DNA from: Eledone cirrhosa
Lineage: Eukaryota
Length of the DNA stretch: 64,000 bases
Reading direction: 5' to 3'
Assembly (NCBI GenBank): GCA_964016885.1
Contig: OZ024741.1
Span: forward strand, 184,140,001 to 184,204,000
Part shown: piece by piece, positions 58,907 through 64,000 of the stretch
Layout: every line of letters starts with the position of its first letter
Numbering within the stretch: position 1 is the stretch's first letter
Position numbers and translations under genes: made by a program
Notes under the pieces: generated by a model
Database searches by the model: none
Told to the model about the DNA's origin: nothing
The model's input: the letters and a program-made list of their open reading frames with translations, nothing else

Positions 58907-59836
58907 TACACATTTCTTCTGAGTTTAATTTTACACCTAATTGTGTATGGTTGATGGTATATTTAGTCAGTTTCTACATGCTGTCGAAATGTTGGATAAA
59001 TACTCTATTGGAGCCACCGCGAAGAGGCCACTTTCGGTTATTTGTCGGAGATTTCTTCATAAGAGCCTTTCTTCTTATAGCTTGGTCTAATTGATTTTTT
59101 ATATGGTTAATTATGCTAATTGGAAGAGGAAATGATATATATTTTATCTAATAATTCTAAGGACATGATTTATGATATATTGCTCTGATTATTTAATTTA
59201 TTAATTCTTCATAGAGCCTAAAAGTGACCGGTTGTAGCATATATATCTATAACTTTATGTATATGTAAGCCTTTATATTTAATAATCTCCCGTTAGGTTG
59301 AGATTCAATTCGGCGATATTTGGCTGCGCTTTCTAACAACAAGCCTACCCGCCGTAAGCAACCAATCACATTCTTTCTAGCTTGACCACAGCCACATAGC
59401 GATTCTTAGCCATTTTTGAATCTAGTTTTGGCGCGATCAAGTTGGAAAACTAAATGTCTGATTTTGAGTTTGTCTCCTGATGAATCCTTACTCAAGACAT
59501 TCCTATTAATTGGATGTCTAAAAATACGGATGAAACCATGGTAGAGATATAATTACGGTATGTACACATTTCTTCTGAGTTTAATTTTACACCTAATTGT
59601 GTATGGTTGATGGTATATTTAGTCAGTTTCTAGATGCTGTCGAAATGTTGGATAAATACTCTATTGGGGCCACCGCGAAGAGGCCACTTTCGGTTATTTG
59701 TCGGAGATTTCTTCATAAGAGCCTTTCTTCTTATAGCTTGGTCTAATTGATTTTTTATATGGTTACTTATGCTAATTGGAAGAGAAAATGATATATATTT
59801 TATCTAATAATTCTAAGGACATGATTTATGATATAT
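58907..59836 (+). mobile_element. Retrozyme-like element: 656-nt unit with ~275-nt terminal direct repeat and one HHR
   Basis: 58907-59180 ~ 59563-59836; no recognisable ORF; (TA)n on both flanks. Confidence 0.8.
59471..59549 (+). ncRNA. Type I hammerhead ribozyme motif
   Basis: TGTCTC-CTGATGA-ATCC..AGACATTC/GGATGTCT..GGAT-GAAA-CCATGG-TA-GAGATA; palindromic stem III, GUA triplet. Confidence 0.88.
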
Positions 59837-60097
59837 ATATATATATATATATTTATTTATTTATATATACAGAGAGAGAAAGAAACAGAGAGAGAGAGGG
59901 GGGTGAGAGAGAGAGCGAAAGAAAGTCAGGGAGACATATACACATTGCATACGTAAAGACATACATACTTGTGTGTGCGTATGTGTGTGTGTGACAGTAT
60001 TTCAGGTGAGTAACAACAACTGACTTCTCCTCCCCTATCCCTTTTCCTCTATATTTTTACTTTTCTCACCCAGACATCGTCTTTTCTCATTTTACTA

Positions 60098-60133
60098 TCT
60101 CCCGATGAAAGCATAGCGTTCGAAACGTTAAGA
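60098..60133 (+). ncRNA. Degenerate minimal hammerhead (CCGATGA core)
   Basis: TCTC-CCGATGA-AAGCataGCGTTC-GAAA-CG-TT-AAGA. Confidence 0.5.
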
Positions 60134-60254
60134 ATCTTTTTCAGCTATATCAAGCATTAAACTAACAAACCATCATCACTGTATTATTTTGTTCCTCTGT
60201 GTTGACGACACAAGCATAAACACACACAAGCATACACACACACACGCACTCACG

Positions 60255-60314
<60 letters not shown>

Positions 60315-61119
60315 TGCACGCACACGCACATGGACACTCATACATACACACACACACATGCACGCACACGCACATGGACACTCATACACACACAGATACA
60401 CACATGGTATAAATAAGATCCGCAATTATGCAAGTAATTGTATATATAATCTCCAACCCAAGAAAATATTTTCTTTTAAGTTCGAAAATATTCTAACATA
60501 TAATTTCCACTTCCGTACTTTCTAAGATGGTGGAATTGTTTACCAATGATAACCTTGTAATCATTTTTGTCTATCTCTGTGCGCGCATCCACAGACACAT
60601 ACATATTTATAAGTATACTTTTCTTTACTTCTCGTTAGTGGCTATCATAATTAGGTTTTACCCAATATCTACATGTCCATGTGATTCACACTTCTTATAT
60701 AATACACACAAAACAAAAACAGAAATGTCCTTTAGCTTCAGAAAAAATGATAATAGCAAAAATTCAATTTTTTTTTTAATTTTTTTTTTTTGCTAATGAT
60801 ATTAACAAAATGTCTGGTAAATATGACATCGTAAGTTCCCTGAGAAAATAAATTAAGAAATAACCAGGTTTCTTCGCTGTTAATACTACATTTCTTCCTG
60901 TGGTGAACACCATTAAAAAGACATATCTTGCTTTTAATATCACATATATCTATCAATACACAAACACACATACATGCGCAAAAATATACATTTTCGCTGC
61001 GATGCATATTACTATAATTACATTCACTCATACACACGAAGATATTTACGCAGACGTACGCACGCATAGACATAGCATTCTTACGCGTGCGTGCTTTTTC
61101 AAACAGAAATATCCTTCAA

Positions 61120-61151
<32 letters not shown>

Positions 61152-61219
61152 GGAACGAGTAGGACCCCGACGGCTGAGCTCAAGCCGTTTCGACGGCTAA
61201 TTCTGGACTAAATGAAAAT

Positions 61220-61256
<37 letters not shown>

Positions 61257-61288
61257 TGTGTAAGAATATATTTACACATATATATATA

Positions 61289-61401
<113 letters not shown>

Positions 61402-62202
61402 TTGTGTGTGTTTATATATATAATTTGAAATACAGTCATATCAACGGAAATAACTATTTCAGTAGTTGTAAAGTGATCGTGGAAACGGAAAAATTTTGAC
61501 AGAGGAATCAAACTTTTCACATCTCGGATTCTGAGCGAATGTGTTAACAATTATGCTAACTTCTTTCTGACATCTTATCACTGTCATTAGCGGATTTTAA
61601 ACTCTATAGTTAGAAATCGGGCACTAATGCTTCTTAAGTCAACCACTTAAAGAGCCGGAACAAATGCTGGAAAGGCTTTCATAAATGTTCTAACAGTATC
61701 CACCAAATCTACCACTTAGTGTTAGTTTATATATATCAACCATGAAAGTATTAACATCGGCGGAATTTTAATATAAATATAACTTTATTAATAAGTCTAA
61801 GCCATACGCAAATGGGATATGGGCTGTGCAATGAAGAAAGATTCAATATCCTGAGAAGTTTACGTAATAGCTCTTGTCTAAATTCAAGGAATGAGCCTTT
61901 TTCTCGTTGTCTACACGTCTGGAAACACCTATTATATAATTACAAAGCTCCAGATTGACTAACATCAACAATCTATAATATTCTGAATAACATAAATAAT
62001 TTATTCCGAGCATCCGCAGTTATCTCCCTGACATCGACCTACTGTGGGCTTACCTCCCTCGCGAGAAGTGACTGTTTCTGCAACTGCGTATTCGTACAGT
62101 TATTTTTCCTTTTCCGTAAAATTTCATTTAGGCAGACCTAATGATCCGAATAAGGTGAAACAATTGTTCTCGGCAATGGGGAACTAACTGTTGTGGAGCT
62201 AC

Positions 62203-62316
<114 letters not shown>

Positions 62317-62428
62317 TGAGAGAGAGAGAGAGAGATTGATATACATATATATTATTCTGTAGTATACATAGAGCAGTCTTCTTTCCTTTACCTTTTCTAC
62401 GGAGATACATAACACACACACACACACT

Positions 62429-62516
<88 letters not shown>

Positions 62517-62670
62517 TTCTTGTTATTTTCCACTGTGGTTATGATCTTATATACTAAGAAAGAAGAAACAAATTCTTCCCCGAATAAGAACTTTGTCCAT
62601 CATGTAACAGACCCTTCTTACATTTGCATACGAACTTGTGTCTGTCTCTCACCCCTTTCTCTCTCTCTCT

Positions 62671-62720
<50 letters not shown>

Positions 62721-62725
62721 TTGTG

Positions 62726-63066
62726 ATATATTAGTAAAAAGGAAAAATAGTAAACAGTGAAAAATTGTTTAAATAGGAATAAGTATAAATTAGTAATAAG
62801 TATTAGTTAGTACTCAGTTTTAGTTTTAAGTTTTTAGCGGTTGCGCATTTCTTATGCTTTTCACAAATAATTCTGAGAGAGAGTTCTCCAAAAATCACGA
62901 GCATTCTATTTCAAAATTATTTTTGAAAAGCATAAGAAATGCGCAACCGGTAAAAACTTAAAACTAAAACTGAATACTAACTAATACTTATTACTAATTT
63001 ATACTTATTCCTAATTAAACTATTTTTCACTGGGAAAAATTTGTCACCATTTTCTTTTCCTTTTTG

Positions 63067-63074
<8 letters not shown>
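62726..63074. repeat. MITE-like palindrome in (TA)n
   Basis: Core arms 62755-62875 / 62911-63032; outer ATATATTAGTAAAAAGGAAAA / TTTTCCTTTTTGCTAATATAT. Confidence 0.9.
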
Positions 63075-63137
<63 letters not shown>

Positions 63138-63328
63138 TGCCTTCTTCACCACCTCTTCTACGGCCTCGATATAAATACCCCCTCCGCCTCCGTGGTATTT
63201 TCTTCGGGGTTATAAGAGGCTTAGCTCTGTTTCTCGACCGTTATATCGCGTGACTATCTCCCCCTCCGCCTTTTGGGATTCTTTCTCACGTCGTGTAGAC
63301 GCGTTCTTGAGACTAGTAAAATGAGGTA

Positions 63329-63418
63329 TCCTCTTGATAAGTCGGCAGACCTCGCAAGGACTCTATATCTTCATGATATATTGTTTTTGTTTATGCCACG
63401 AAACTACGTAGTCGAGGA
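63329..63418 (+). ncRNA. Type I hammerhead motif, U3-A8 core variant
   Basis: TCCTC-TTGATAA-GT(C)GGCA..TGCCAC-GAAA-CTACGTAG-TC-GAGGA; palindromic stem III, GUC triplet. Confidence 0.75.
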
Positions 63419-64000
63419 ATTTAGGAGCAGTTTAGGTATGATACATTTTATTACTAATTATATCTAAATGTTTCTTCTCTCTTCATAATGTATTTTTAAC
63501 TCTGATACTGGTTCAGTCTAGTTCAACTGAATTGGTCTGTCCCAGTCATTCATTGAGCAACATCGGTGAAGTTGGCACCCTTAACTCACAGTTGGGTGCG
63601 GATGCATTCATGTATATATGTGTGTGTGTCCGCATGTATCTGTGTGTTTCTAATTATATTATATATATATATATATACTACCACTAATTGCATCGTCTTC
63701 ATTTTCCAGAAATTTGGATTATTTGATACTATTTGTGTTATCTCCCTCGTTCTGCATATTGTGTTTGGATTTTAAACACAGGGAAGGTTTTCTTTTGTAA
63801 TTGAAAAAACAATTTTAATTAACTGGGGAACTGGGGGTTCAACTCACGATATTACATATGTGACTATCGTGAGACTACATACAAAGCCCCAATAACATGC
63901 TAGTAATGAATGTCATCTCTTTGCCTTTATTTGTTTGTATATAGATTTCTAAGTTCTACAATATGCTTCATTGTTGCCATCTAACAATATCGAAACAGGT

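Overview
AT-rich, microsatellite-saturated animal genomic DNA. It is most likely octopus or another cephalopod, inferred from the SINE and repeat content. I found no convincing host protein-coding exon, and nearly all ORFs in the track are translations of (TA)n/(CA)n/(GA)n/(GAT)n repeats. The window is a mosaic of mobile elements: two decayed near-full-length Penelope-like elements (PLE: RT + GIY-YIG, Naiad-like) plus a solo pLTR and the 3' end of a second PLE family; Tx1/L1-clade LINEs with (ATCT)n tails; RTE LINE fragments and a bipartite RTE-derived non-autonomous element; many tRNA-derived SINEs; and non-autonomous Helitrons. The main unexplained signal is a dense set of type-I hammerhead ribozyme (HHR) motifs, found by eye, from many unrelated sequence families. 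About 7 have canonical cores, about 8 have variant cores and several are partial. Most lie in short ORF-less elements embedded in (TA)n. These elements form either ~1.4-mer direct repeats (retrozyme-like) or fold-back palindromes whose junction often falls at or inside the ribozyme. All structures were assigned manually and coordinates are accurate to a few bases.
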